Shown: piece after piece, positions 24,786-36,720 of the stretch
How positions within the stretch are numbered: the stretch's first letter is position 1
Layout of the letters: each line of letters opens with the position of its first letter
The notes under the pieces: generated by a model
What the model was told of the DNA's origin: nothing
The model's database searches: none
Seen by the model: only the letters and a program-made list of their open reading frames with translations
Position numbers and translations under genes: made by a program
Assembly: GCF_001194135.2 (NCBI RefSeq)
Contig: NC_068998.1
Coordinates: 42,650,493 to 42,714,492, forward strand
Direction of reading: 5' to 3'
Length of the DNA: 64,000 bases
Source of the DNA: Octopus bimaculoides
Taxonomy: Eukaryota

Positions 24786-25262
24786 TGTTGCTGATAACAT
24801 CACAAATTTTCTGATGCATAGCATGAAAGAATGGAAAAATCAAATTGTATTCCTTGGAGAAGTTAATATTAAAAGGGGAATCTTCCAGGGTGACTCGTTT
24901 TCTCCGTTACTTTTTGTAATTGCCCTAATACCCATAACAATGACACTTAGGAAAGATAAGATGGGTTACCGATGTGGGAAGAAAGGCCCATCATTGAACC
25001 ATCTTCTGTTTATGGCTGACCTGAAATTATTTGGAAAATCTGAAAAAATAGATAGATTCCTTGACCAAAACAGTCCAGAAATGCAGATTCTGTGGAAAGG
25101 GTGTGGGAAAATGTGACCCTCTTGGTAAGTGGATGTGAGAGCCTCGCACAAAAAGAATACAATCGCCGCCACGATAAAGTGTGTGTGTGTATCTTCAGTG
25201 GCTCTTATGCCGTAAATACCAATATGAAGTATCGGAGAACTGGTATGAATGAGCATGTACCA
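24785..25262 (+). pseudogene. R4/Dong-clade non-LTR retrotransposon remnant (RT fragment plus CCHC zinc knuckle), frameshifted and internally deleted
   Basis: RGIFQGDSFSPLLFVIALIP and NHLLFMADLKLFGK (YMDD-like motif mutated), then C-R-F-C...LVSGCESLAQKEYNRRHDKV and LQWLLCRKYQYEVSENWY. Confidence 0.9.
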
Positions 25263-25295
25263 AGTAAAGTTAAATATGCGCAGCTCAGTTCCGCT

Positions 25296-25800
25296 GGAGC
25301 AAACCTAAAGTCAAGAACGTTTCATCCTGAACCATCCAGTGATCGAGGAATAGTCTTTGCTGTTGTTCCGTCCAGGTCATCTCTTAAAAAAAGCAAACCT
25401 ATGCTTAAAGCCTTTCCAAACGTGACCAACTCGTCCTTTATTTTTCTACTCCTGTATGCAAGGAAGTCAACATCTCGTATCCAGCGGGTCGCTTTTTAAG
25501 ATCGTTAAGCAGTATTTGAGGGAGATTTCACTGCTATTTTTTTTACAAATCAACCTAGTGATGCTTGGGAAATAGACTCCTCTCCTATTCCTGATCCAGT
25601 AGACACTCAACCAAAGATTCTTGCTTCCCTGGCATAGTGTACCTTGGACTACATTGCTCAATGTCTCCGTTTTCTTTATATGCCAGTGCTGTGTGATTTG
25701 AGGGAGGTTGGGCGAATACAGACATCCTTCTAAGAAGGATGTCTGTGAATGATCTGACCTATAATGAAAGACGTTCCAACCATGACCAGTCCAGTCCATT
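25296..25800. mobile_element. Two degenerate family D copies; 25296-25580 closely matches 29770-30065
   Basis: Shared agcaaacctatgcttaaagcctttccaaacgtgaccaactcgtcc and gagggagatttcactgctatttt. Confidence 0.65.
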
Positions 25801-25944
25801 TTTATGTCGGAGGTTACTGGCGATGGTGGTGGCGATGTTAGGGGATATGGTGCTTACTACAATTGTTGTTGGTGTTGGTGGTGGCGGTGATTGTGTTGGT
25901 GGTCGTTGTGGTGGTGGCCGTTGTAGCGGTGGTCGTTGTGGTGG

Positions 25945-25976
<32 letters not shown>

Positions 25977-25986
25977 NNNNNNNNNN

Positions 25987-26019
<33 letters not shown>

Positions 26020-27054
26020 GGTGGATGTGATGGGAGAGTTGCTGTGGTGGTGGTGGCTCTGGTGGTGGTGGCTCTGGTGGTGATGGTTCTGATGATGATA
26101 TTGATGATGAATGTGATGATGATGATGAAGAAGGTGGAGCTGATGTAAGGACAAAGACAGGACGAAGTTTACAAAAGGTTTTGTCCGAAAAGGTAGGAAA
26201 GTTCGTCTAAACAGAGGAAGAAAACGAAGAAAGATATAACAAATAAATAGATAAATAAATAAGTAAATAAATAAATAAATAAATAAATAGAACTCCCAAA
26301 AATAATAATAGAACTGTCCATATCCTACGTAAAATACTGTCTATGTAATCTCTATGTTACTGTGGTTGTTGTTGATGGTGGTTATAGTGATGATGGTGGT
26401 GGTAGTGGTAGTGGTAGTGAAGTGGTTCTACTGTTATCATTGTCGTTGGTGGTGGTGGTGGTGGTGGTGGTGGTGGTGGTGGTGATGGTGATGATGCTGA
26501 TGATGCTAACGACGATGGTGATGATAGTGATTGTGGTGGTGATGGCAGAGTTCTGGTTGTAGCTGATAGTGGTAATGGGTGATGGTGGTAATGGTGTTGT
26601 TGGTGTTGGTGTTGGTGTTGGTGTTGGTGGTGGTGGTGTTAGAGTTGCAGTTGTTTTTACAGTGATGGTAGTGGTGGTAGTTGATAGTGGATTATGCTGG
26701 TTGGGTGCCACAGTGTTAGTTGTGGCGGTGGCGTGGTGATTATGGTGCTGGTGGTGTAAATACCGATGGCTGGTGCTAGTGACGACAGGAGGTGAGGTGT
26801 TGATGATAAATGTAATCTCTCTGTCTGTCTGTCTCTCTGTCTGTCTGTCTCTCTCTCTGTCTCACCGTTCACTTTCGCAACTCATTGATCAAAGATTTCT
26901 GCCATTTTCAATACACCATCGATATCATCATCATCATAATCATCATCATCATAATCGTCGCCGTTGTTATTGTTTTGTTATTGTTTTGTAGTTGTTGCTC
27001 TACTTTCACTTTCATTTACATGCTCTTCTTTCTTCTCCATCTCTGTCTCTCTTT

Positions 27055-27098
<44 letters not shown>

Positions 27099-27378
27099 AG
27101 CTCTCTATCTCGCTCTTTCATTCTCTTTCTCTCTCATTCACTTTCTTCCTCGAATATGATAGATAATCTCTCTTTCACTCTAAATACTCATCAATCTAAA
27201 CACACACAACACACGCATACATATATACATACATACATATATACATACATACATACATACATATACATCCATACATACATATACATACATACATACATAC
27301 ATACATAAACACATACATGTATACATATACTCACATATTTATATATACATATACATATATATACGTACACACACACGC

Positions 27379-27429
<51 letters not shown>

Positions 27430-27765
27430 TACACAGAGATACACACCCACGCACACACACACAAAGATACACACACATACACACACACACTGTGACTTCT
27501 AAAATAAATGTCTCTTAAATCTGTCAGATTTTTAATGTAAATAAATGATTAAAATGTTGCTTTCCTCATGAGACAAACTTGTTTCAATGTTTCTGCTTTC
27601 TCTTTAACTCTCAGCTTCGGCCTTTCTTTCACTTGTCTCTACTACAAACCAAGATAAAGAATTGTGTTTTAGCCTCTCCTACAGTTCCTCAATCGCCGCT
27701 ATCTTTCTTCCTTTCGTCCAACGTCCACCCGTTACGAGGTTACTGGACACCGGTCGTTATTTTAT

Positions 27766-28154
27766 TGTTGTTGTTGGCCCTCCGTCGCTTACGACGACGA
27801 GGGTTCCAGTTGATCCGATCAACGAAACAGCCTGCTCGTGAAATTAACGTGCAAGTGGCTGAGCACTCCACAGACACGTGTACCCTTAACGTAGTTCTCG
27901 GGATATTCAGCGTGACACAGTGTGACAAGGCTGGCCCTTTGAATTACAGGCACAACGGAAACAGGAAGTAAGAGTGAGAGAAAGTTGTGGTGAAAGAGTA
28001 CAGCAGGGTTCGTCACCATCCCCTGCAGGAGCCTCGTGGAGCTTTAGGTGTTTTCGCTCAATGAACACTCACAACGCCCGGTCTGGGAATCGAAACCGCG
28101 ATCCTATGACCGCGAGTCCGCTGCCCTAACCACTGGGCCATTGCGCCTCCACAC
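27766..28154 (-). mobile_element. SINE family B, full length, tRNA-Arg(TCG)-like head; may correspond to the octopus OR-type SINEs
   Basis: Minus strand: tggcccagtggttagggcagcggactcgcggtc...gtttcgattccc, then body and (AAC)n tail. The OR assignment is from recall, not a search. Confidence 0.8.
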
Positions 28155-28561
28155 CGGACGTTATACTGGTCTTGGAATATGCAGAAGGGGATATTTTATT
28201 TGTTCGGTTTATCACTCATTCGAAAATTAACCTCAATATGTCCGCAGCCCAACGACTGGACGGACCAAGCAAAAGAATATATAGATTCACTGCAAATAAT
28301 TTCTTTAGAAAATCTGTGGAGATAACGTTAACAAATGATTTAATAGCACTGCTAACACAGTAGTACACAGTATTGACTAATAAAAACGTTTAATATACTT
28401 TGTAGGATATTATGTTTGCATAACGAAGTGCGGTGTCCTTACAGGCCATTAATAAATCAAAGAACAACAGACGCTATTACTTCCAAATGAAATTTCGACA
28501 AATTTCTTCAGTCGCCTATACCTGAATATATCTCAGTTAACAACAACTCCCTGCTTTAAAT

Positions 28562-28707
28562 GGAATGAGAATCCAGGTTCGAAATTTCCCCCCAGACATC
28601 TGATGAAGGCTGGAGGGTATATCAGCCGAAACGTTGTGTTAACAACAAACAAGATGAGGACAAATATCCATCAAATGTAAATAATGTACATAATTCCTCA
28701 TCTCTTA
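28562..28707 (+). mobile_element. 5'-truncated copy of the hammerhead-bearing element
   Basis: Nearly identical to the reverse complement of 18445-18580; lacks the tRNA head. Confidence 0.85.
28595..28640 (+). ncRNA. Minimal type I hammerhead ribozyme (second copy)
   Basis: GACAU-CUGAUGA-A-GGCUG(10 nt)CAGCC-GAAA-CGU-U-GUGUU; a U.G wobble replaces C-G in stem I. Confidence 0.65.
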
Positions 28708-28894
28708 AAGAACTGAAGAATTATATATCCTCATAATTTTTTTTATTATAAATTTATTTATGAAGGAATTCTGAAGATGTCAAATTCTCCATTCTTCTGT
28801 ATGATGTTTTGGTTATGTAGTCTTTATACAACATGAAATCCATTGATGCGAACTCAGGATTTACCTACCGAGTGAAATACAGTTCAAATATTTA

Positions 28895-29170
28895 TCTTTA
28901 GTGGTTAGGATGTTGAACTGATGATCGTGGTTTCAATTCCTAGACCAGGTGGTGCGTTGTATTTTGAGCAAAACCCTTTATCTCACGTTGTTCTGGGGTC
29001 ACCTCGACACTTGACGTATGGTGCATTGTGTACCTGTTCAGGCAACGTCGATTTGATGGAGGCCATGACCTAATGTATGGCACATATATTTGGTCATTAT
29101 AAATAAATCATTTGTGTAGGTCGTTCGGTAAAAACTGTTGAACACTGACATGTCAACTTCGACGGGAGAG
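28895..29170 (+). mobile_element. Degenerate family B-like SINE with an alternative tail
   Basis: agtggttagg...gtttcaattcctagaccagg...ttgagcaaaac head and core. Confidence 0.6.
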
Positions 29171-29306
29171 TCTGTCATATATGTATATATAAATGTATAT
29201 ATAATGTTAATGGACGATAATAGAACCCTCTGTCGAAGACGATGTATGAGGGTTCAGTTTCTGTTGAACGACCTGCACAAATGATTTGTTAATGGTCATC
29301 AAATCT

Positions 29307-29740
29307 AAGGCGGCGCGTTGGCAGAAACGTTAGCACGGCGGGCGAAATTCTTTGCGTTATTTCGTTGTCCTCACGTTCTGAATTCAAATTGCGCCGAGGT
29401 CAACTTTGTGTTTCATCCTTTCGGGGTCGATAAATTAAGTACCAGTTGCGCACTGTGGTCGATGTCATCAACTTAATCCCTTTATCTGTCCTTGTTTGTT
29501 CCCTTTATGTTTAGCCCCTTGTGGGGCAATAAAAAAATAAGAAACGTTAACACGCTGGGCGAAATGCTTAGCTGCTTTCGTCTGTCTTTACGTTCTGAGT
29601 TCAAATTCCGCCGAGGTCGACTTTGCCTTTCATTCTTTCGGGGGTCGATAAATTAAGTACCAGCTGCGTACTGGGGTCGATCGAATCGACTGGGTCCCTC
29701 CCCAAAATATTCGGGCTTTATGCCTAGAGTACAAAAGAAT
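29307..29740 (+). mobile_element. SINE family A head-to-tail dimer (tail i, then tail ii)
   Basis: Junction ...aaataag|aaacgttaacacg at 29541/29542. Confidence 0.9.
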
Positions 29741-30109
29741 GTTGACGTATGGTGTTAGTGGAGTTGCCACCAACCTAAAATCAAGAACGTTTCATCCTTA
29801 ACCATCCAGTTATCGGGGAATGGTCTTTTAGTCAGACATTTTGCCGTTGTTCAGTCCAGGTCACCTCTAATAAGAGCAAACCTATGCTTAAAGCCTTTCC
29901 AAACGTGACCAACTCGTCCTTTTTTTTTTTCTACTCCTGTATGCAAAAAAGCCAGCATCTCCTATCCAGCAGGTCACTTTTTAAGATCGTTAAGCAGTAT
30001 TTGAGGGAGATTTCACTGCTATTTTTTACAAATCAAACTAGTGATGCTTGTGAAATAGACCCCTGTATATGCTGTTCCTTAACTTACTTCCTCCGTCAGA
30101 TCAACATTG

Positions 30110-30255
30110 CCTGTGTAGGCGCACAAGGGTATCGAAATGGCTTCAGAGCAACGTGAAATTAAATGTTTTGCTCAAGAGCGCAACGTACTATCCGGTCTAG
30201 AAATCGAACTCACTATCTAGCGATTACGAGTGCAACACTCTAGACACTGGGTCAC
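30110..30255 (-). mobile_element. Family B-like SINE head/core fragment
   Basis: agcaacgtgaaattaaatgttttgctcaagagcgcaacg...aatcgaactc. Confidence 0.65.
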
Positions 30256-30269
30256 GTGATTTCATTTAT

Positions 30270-30900
30270 ATATACTTGACGATTTGCATAAAAGGAAAAG
30301 AAAGGAAAACAATACAGCATAAAAAAATAAACTATTTTTAAAAATCAAAAGCTATCAACAAGATTATGACGTGGGGATAAGTTTATTCAAAATGGCTACC
30401 CTCAGCTTCTACTGCGGCCTCGAGACGGCTTCGGAACCTGGCACATTCGTTTCTCACTGAATTCCTGGGAATATCTTCGACTATCTCCTTGATCTTGGTC
30501 ACCAGCTCAACTTTGGTGTTGCAGGTAGAGAGGTTGGTGTCTTTCTCGACTCAACTGCACCCCACACAGAGTAATCAATGAGATTACAATCAGAGGTTAT
30601 TAAAAAGTCTGAAATTGGTGCTAGTGAATTTTGTACGAATTCTCCGTCAACCACTTCTAATACCTGTTATATCACAAGCAGCCGAATTCTGCTTGCTGCT
30701 ACCCATATGGCCTTCCCGCAGTGACCCTTTCCAACCAGGGTTTGTCCACAATTTCCATTAACTTTACATAGCAGGTCTGAATTGAACCTAAGGCCCTGTT
30801 CGAAAACGTGGGACGGCATAATTTCACCTTCACTAGAGACACACACCCAAAGACCGTCACGGTTTGGTGAACTTTGTTTTCGTGATGTCCATGTCATGTC
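30270..30900 (-). pseudogene. Tc1/mariner DD37D (maT-like) transposase remnant, catalytic and C-terminal part
   Basis: Minus strand with frameshifts: VSSEGEIMPSHVFEQGLRFNSD, GRPY..QQ, SDCNLIDYSVWGAVE, EKDTNLSTCNTKVELVTKIKEIVEDIPRNSVRNECARFRSRLEAAVEAEGSHFE* (stop at 30383-30385). Confidence 0.9.
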
Positions 30901-31004
30901 TTACAACATTTACAGTGTTCACGGAGTATTGAGCGACAGTCATAATATCGGGATTTTAACACGGGCGCGAATCGTCATGATACAGGTAACTCTTTTTGAA
31001 TATT

Positions 31005-31180
31005 CAGAGGCAAAATTGTTACCATTCCAGACAAAATGTTTACCCGCATTTCATTCGTCTTTACGTTCTGAGTTGAAATTCCGCCTAAGTTGACTACGCC
31101 ATTTATCATTTCGGAGTCGATAAAATAATTACTGAACTTTCCCCGAAATTGCTGGTCTTGTGTCGAAATTTGAAACCAAT
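31005..31180 (+). mobile_element. SINE family A, degenerate, tail iii
   Basis: ctttacgttctgagttgaaattccgcc...gctggtcttgtgtcgaaatttgaaacc. Confidence 0.75.
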
Positions 31181-31889
31181 ATTCAGATGGCTTTCAGTTC
31201 TCCATGTCTGCGAACTTTTTTTTTTTTTTTACTACAACTTTAATCTTTATTCTCTTCAACACTGTTGACTGTTCGTCAATACATGAATTCCTGAAATAAA
31301 TGAAACATAAAATATCGTCAAATTTACCCCGAACACCCTGATTGATAGATAGAAAGATAGATAGGTGTATAGATAGAAAAATAGGTGTACAGATAGGTGG
31401 CTAGATAGAAAGATAGGTGAATAAACAAACAGATAACTCGATAGAGAGAAGGCGGGGAGAGAGTTTGGTTACAGCGACGGAAGAGCTAAGCCATGAAAGA
31501 AACCAGCTAATGGATATAGAGAGAAGAAAGTTGTTTGAAATGACAGAAAGAAAGAAAGGAGGAATCCAACGAGGATGAAGAGAAAACAAGAAGACGAAAT
31601 GTATAGTAAATGCGTGCTTGAGAGCTATTACTAGTAATAAAGGGTGGGAACCGGGTGCTTGTAGGTGGTGGTACGGGATATGCTAACAGTTACAATCGAT
31701 CTGAACAGAATCGATCCCGCTAGTATATAATTAATAATATGACTTAATTGTTAAGTATCTTGTAATTACATGTATGTCAAGGCTGAATATTGGTCTTTTA
31801 ACGATTAAAACGTTATTCAAATGAAGCATTAATGATGGTTTCTGTTTAAGGTAGAAGGAGAACGAATATGAAGGGAGAGAGAGATGTGG

Positions 31890-32700
31890 TGGATGAGGTC
31901 AACCGCCCCCCCCCCGCTAGCTGTTCTAGATTGCTATTTTAATTGATCGACACCACATGGAAGAATGAAAAAAAAGACAAAGGTGATCTTGGTAGAATTT
32001 GAAATTACAACATAAAGATTAGGAACAAATTTCTGTAAAGTAATTTGTTTTTTGTTTTTGTTCGCCGCTCTATCGATTCGGCTAACCTTTAATAAAGCTA
32101 GCAATTTCGAGAGGGGCGAATTGATGGATGAAGTCGACCCCGCTACCAGTTCTAGATTGCTATTTTAATTGATTGACACCACCTGGAAGAAAGAAAAAAG
32201 ACAAAGGTGATCTTGGTAGAATTTGAACTTACAACATAGAAATTAGAAACAAATTTCCGCGAAGTAGTTTTTTTTTGTTCTACGCTCTTCCTTTTTTTTT
32301 TTTTGTTCGGCTAAACTTTAAGAAAACTATCAATTTCGAGAGGAACGAATTGGTGGATGACGTCGACCCCCCCTACCAATTCTAGGTTGGTATTTTAATT
32401 GATCGACACCACCTGGAGGAATGAAAAAGAGACAAAGTCGATCTTGGTAGAATTTGAACATGCAACATAAAGATCAGGAACAAATTTTGGCAAACTAATT
32501 TTTTGTTCGACGCTCTATCAATTCGGATAACCCTAAGAAGGCTAGCAATTTCAAGAGGAGCGAGTTGGTTGAACCTTTCCCCAGTTCTAGATTGCCATTT
32601 TAGTTGATCGACCCCCACTGGAGGAATGAGAAAAGACAGTTGAACTCGAATCAATTTGAACTTACAACATGAAGATCAGGAAGAAATTACTGTAAAATGT
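31890..32700. repeat. Tandem array of ~230-bp units derived from SINE A (about 4 units); further units at about 33525-33700 and 33860-34015
   Basis: The unit ttctagattgctattttaattgatcgacaccacctggaagaatgaaaaaagac...ggtagaatttgaac repeats near 31925, 32150, 32380 and 32585. Confidence 0.85.
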
Positions 32701-32850
32701 TTTTATTCGTTGCTCTAACAATTCGATCACCCTCAACCGTTCTATTAGAGAGTTACGTGATGGAGGTATTTATTTTACATTCGATGTCTAAACACAACTA
32801 CATCGCATCAGAGTCGATCTTTCAGATTAAGCGCAGATATCTAATTAAGA

Positions 32851-33522
32851 CTACACGACCCGTCACCCGTTGGGTCACCAATCATTCAAGATACCGGGAA
32901 AGCCTCAGTTTCCCAGTAATGGAGTTTCGAGGGGTTTTGCTTTATTTTCCAGGTTATTTCGCATGCTTTCAACGAATGTGACATCGAAAGCGCGTGTAAA
33001 TGGCTCCCTTCCCCAGAAAAGGAAAGATTTGGCTGCTATTTCCTGCACACCCTGCTACCACGGAACCGGTATTTCGGGTCCTTTATCGCAAATAGCTGTT
33101 ACGTGGTAGCAGGGCGTGCTAGAAATAGCAGCCAAATCTTTGGAGGTGAGATAAGTCGAATGCACTCGAAAGAAACCTATGGAAAAAAAACTATTTCACA
33201 CTGAGATTACGAACGAATCTTTTCCGAAATATTTACCATATTTTTAAAGTAATTTTCTCTTTAAAATATTTTGCCCATCATAATGCGTCTAATGGAAAGG
33301 TTACAGTTTCTTCCCATGATGCACCGTTTTGGGTATTTATACCCGCCAAATCCCGAATATCCCGATAACTACTGGTCCGATTTACGCGAAACTTGTTTTA
33401 TTCCGTTTGTATTCACATTTCAGGGTCACTTTATTTTCAAAGTATTTTCCCATTATGCGCCGGTTTGGCTGTGTAACATTGCAAGCTACCAAGACTGAAG
33501 TTCATTTTTAATGTAATATAGA
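32851..33522 (-). mobile_element. Possible non-autonomous Helitron-like element
   Basis: Minus strand begins A|TCTATATTAC and ends with a gaccc/gggtc hairpin then GTAG|T (CTAG-like); internal atcccgataactactggtccgatttac motif. Confidence 0.35.
33023..33141. repeat. ~119-bp hairpin with 40-bp arms (3 mismatches)
   Basis: aaagatttggctgctatttcctgcacaccctgctaccacg / cgtggtagcagggcgtgctagaaatagcagccaaatcttt. Confidence 0.9.
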
Positions 33523-34324
33523 TAAAAGGCCAGCAATTTAAAAATAAATACAGTTGTTTGATTAGGTCGTCCCCGCTATTTCGAGGCCACTATTTAAATT
33601 GATCGACTCCCTGAAGGAATGTGAAAAAACAAAGTTGATCTTGGCAGAATTTGAACTTGGAATATAAAGATCGGGAACAAATTACCTCATCGCAATTTTT
33701 TTTTTTTTTTTTTTTTTTTGTTAAAACACCCTAACTGGTCTGTTAATGCTTTAATGGTAGAAGTATTCATTTTACATTCGATGCCTAAACACATGACTGC
33801 AACGCATCGGAGTTAATCTTTCAGACCAAGCGCCAGATGATGGTGATGATTTCTGATCAACGTAGAAGGCCAGCAATTATTAGGTGAGCGACTTCGTCGA
33901 TTAGGTCGCCCCTTCCCTCCAGTCCTAGGTTGCCATTTTGATTTCCCCTGGAGGAATGAAAATAATTATTAAAAAAAAAAAACAGTTGATCTCGGCAAAA
34001 TTTGAACTTATCTGCTCTAATAACAATTCCGTGATGGAAGTATAGGTGCACAAGTGTATCGAAATAATCGCCGAACAACGCAAAATAAAGTGTTTTGCTT
34101 AAAACAACGCGCCAGCCGGTCTAGGAATTGAACTCACGATCGATGTCTAGACACATAAACGCATCGGATCTGATCTCTCAGTTCAAACAGAGGAAGCTTC
34201 CTTTTACCTCTGTCGTTCTCACCCATTTTTTTTACCTATGAACCCTCTTTTAATCTGATCGACCCACAAAATCCATTCAAGTTTAAAATGTCCTATTATA
34301 CTTTTAGCGCTAAATAGTGGTCTC

Positions 34325-34558
34325 AAAATTTGGCACAAGGCCAGCAAGTTCGGGGCAGTTTTTTTCTTTTTGTTGGTGGTGGTGTGGGTAAGTCGATTAC
34401 ATCGACTCCAGCCCTCAACTGGTACTTATTTTATCGATCTCGAAAAGGATGAAAGGTGTAATCGATCCCAGCGACATTTGAATTCAGAACCTGAATACGG
34501 GCGAAATGCCGCTAAGCATTGCGTCCGGCACGCTAACGATTCTGCCAGCTCGCCGCCT

Positions 34559-34560
<2 letters not shown>
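34325..34560 (-). mobile_element. SINE family A, tail iii
   Basis: aaaatttggcacaaggccagc...ctgccagctcgccgcctt. Confidence 0.85.
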
Positions 34561-34617
<57 letters not shown>

Positions 34618-36720
34618 TACATAAGAGAGATGTCCATAATAGGACATCTNNNNNNNNNNNNNNNNNNNNNNNNNNNNNNNNNNNNNNNNNNNNNNNNNNN
34701 NNNNNNNNNNNNNNNNNNNNNNNNNNNNNNNNNNNNNNNNNNNNNNNNNNNNNNNNNNNNNNNNNNNNNNNNNNNNNNNNNNNNNNNNNNNNNNNNNNNN
34801 NNNNNNNNNNNNNNNNNNNNNNNNNNNNNNNNNNNNNNNNNNNNNNNNNNNNNNNNNNNNNNNNNNNNNNNNNNNNNNNNNNNNNNNNNNNNNNNNNNNN
34901 NNNNNNNNNNNNNNNNNNNNNNNNNNNNNNNNNNNNNNNNNNNNNNNNNNNNNNNNNNNNNNNNNNNNNNNNNNNNNNNNNNNNNNNNNNNNNNNNNNNN
35001 NNNNNNNNNNNNNNNNNNNNNNNNNNNNNNNNNNNNNNNNNNNNNNNNNNNNNNNNNNNNNNNNNNNNTGTGTGTGTGTGTGTGTGTGCGCGTACACACG
35101 CACGCACACTCACATTTATACGACAGTTTTCCACAAAGTTTCCGTTCACAAACTCACTCATAAGGCATTGATCGGTCCGAGGCTATAGCCAACAAAAAAA
35201 AAAAACAAAAAAAAAAACACGAGCCCAAGGTACCGCACAATGGAACTGAACTTGACACCACATCATTGCAAAGTGAGCTTGTTGACTATTGAAGCATTTT
35301 TACAATAACATTTTTTTTCTTAACTTCGATTACTATCGACGTAGTGATTAAAGTGTTGCATTCTCGATCGTAAGATCATTGTTTCGATTCCCGAACCGGG
35401 CGGTGCTGTATATTCTTGCACGGAATATTTCCTGTTGTATTCTTCCAGTTCATTCAGCTGTAAATGAGTTTCAGTAATATTTGGGAAGTTGAACCAGCGA
35501 TAGATTAATCATTAAGTAAAATAAGCACAAGTTTAGGTCATCGAGGAAGGTGGGGAGGGCACCACTGAAATGGTAAATGGCTTACGGCACAAAAAAAAAT
35601 TCACTTTAAACTTGCAAAAATATTATTTGAAATGGCAAATATGATCGGAAGTATAACTTTTAAGTGTTCATACTGTCATAATGAAGATCTGATTAAAACT
35701 TTGCAATAAAAAAAAAAAAAGAAATCTTTTCCAAATATAAATTAAGTAGAAGTATTCAATGATAAATGTTATTTTTCATCTTACTGTTAGTTTTATTTCA
35801 TTTTCACAAATAAGAATTTATTTTCTGGTTTATTATTGTTTATATTTTGAATTACACATATATACTGATGTACCAAAATCTTTTAAGTGCTCTGGGCCTC
35901 TATAACGGATGGATAGATTAGAAGCTGAAGCTTCTTGAATTGTAGCAGGAATTTCACATTCTGACTTATAAAAGATTAAGATATGCTATATAATTTAATT
36001 TACTATATACGGGGACACAAAAATCTTCGAAGTATTTAGTGTCTGCACGGGTCTTGATCTGGCTTTTCTTATACGCCAGGGAAACCTGTTTAAACTCCGA
36101 CTTTATGAGTCCTAGAACTCATGGCACGCCTAAATCTAAGTTTATAGACTATCGGTCGGTCGCAACACGTGATAGCAGTAAAATAAAGGTGTAACATCCG
36201 ACACCTGGTAGGCCTACGACCTGTCATTCAGTCCAGAAGTTTCCTTCAGTTTATTTGGTAATAATCCGCCAGCCATGGCAGGTTTGTGAGATGGGGGTCT
36301 GTCACCACTTCACCATATACCTTAAAATTTGAGACCACAACAACTCTATCATCACCTCTACCACGAGACAGCTTGAAGAAACAAAAAAACGATGGGCTTC
36401 CTTTCGGAACGTCAGCCTAGCATTTCTTTCGAAAACAACAAAGTTCAGGCTTCAGTACACAGACTGTTATTTCACAGCATAGATTACAGATGCTGCGGTA
36501 GACCGTATGTTAAAGTAGCACCAAAAATGTTTTCTTCAAAATTTTGATGTACAGATTCACTTATACACGGCAAACACTGTATTTGTAGGTAGACTTGGTT
36601 ATAGACTTGAGTTTACGTTGAATGACTAATACTTTTAACAATCCATTTTGTAACTATATACATCTGTATATATACAGATGTGTTAGTGTAGAACATAATA
36701 CAGTCAACGTATCTAGTGAT

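Noticed and set aside
24359-26352. LTR retrotransposon (direct repeats around an RT)
   Set aside because: The RT is non-LTR (R4 type), and the repeats lack TG...CA ends, PBS/PPT and TSD.
36661-36680. 20-bp perfect palindrome catctgtatatatacagatg
   Set aside because: It is short and centred on a self-complementary TA run, which is expected at this SSR density.
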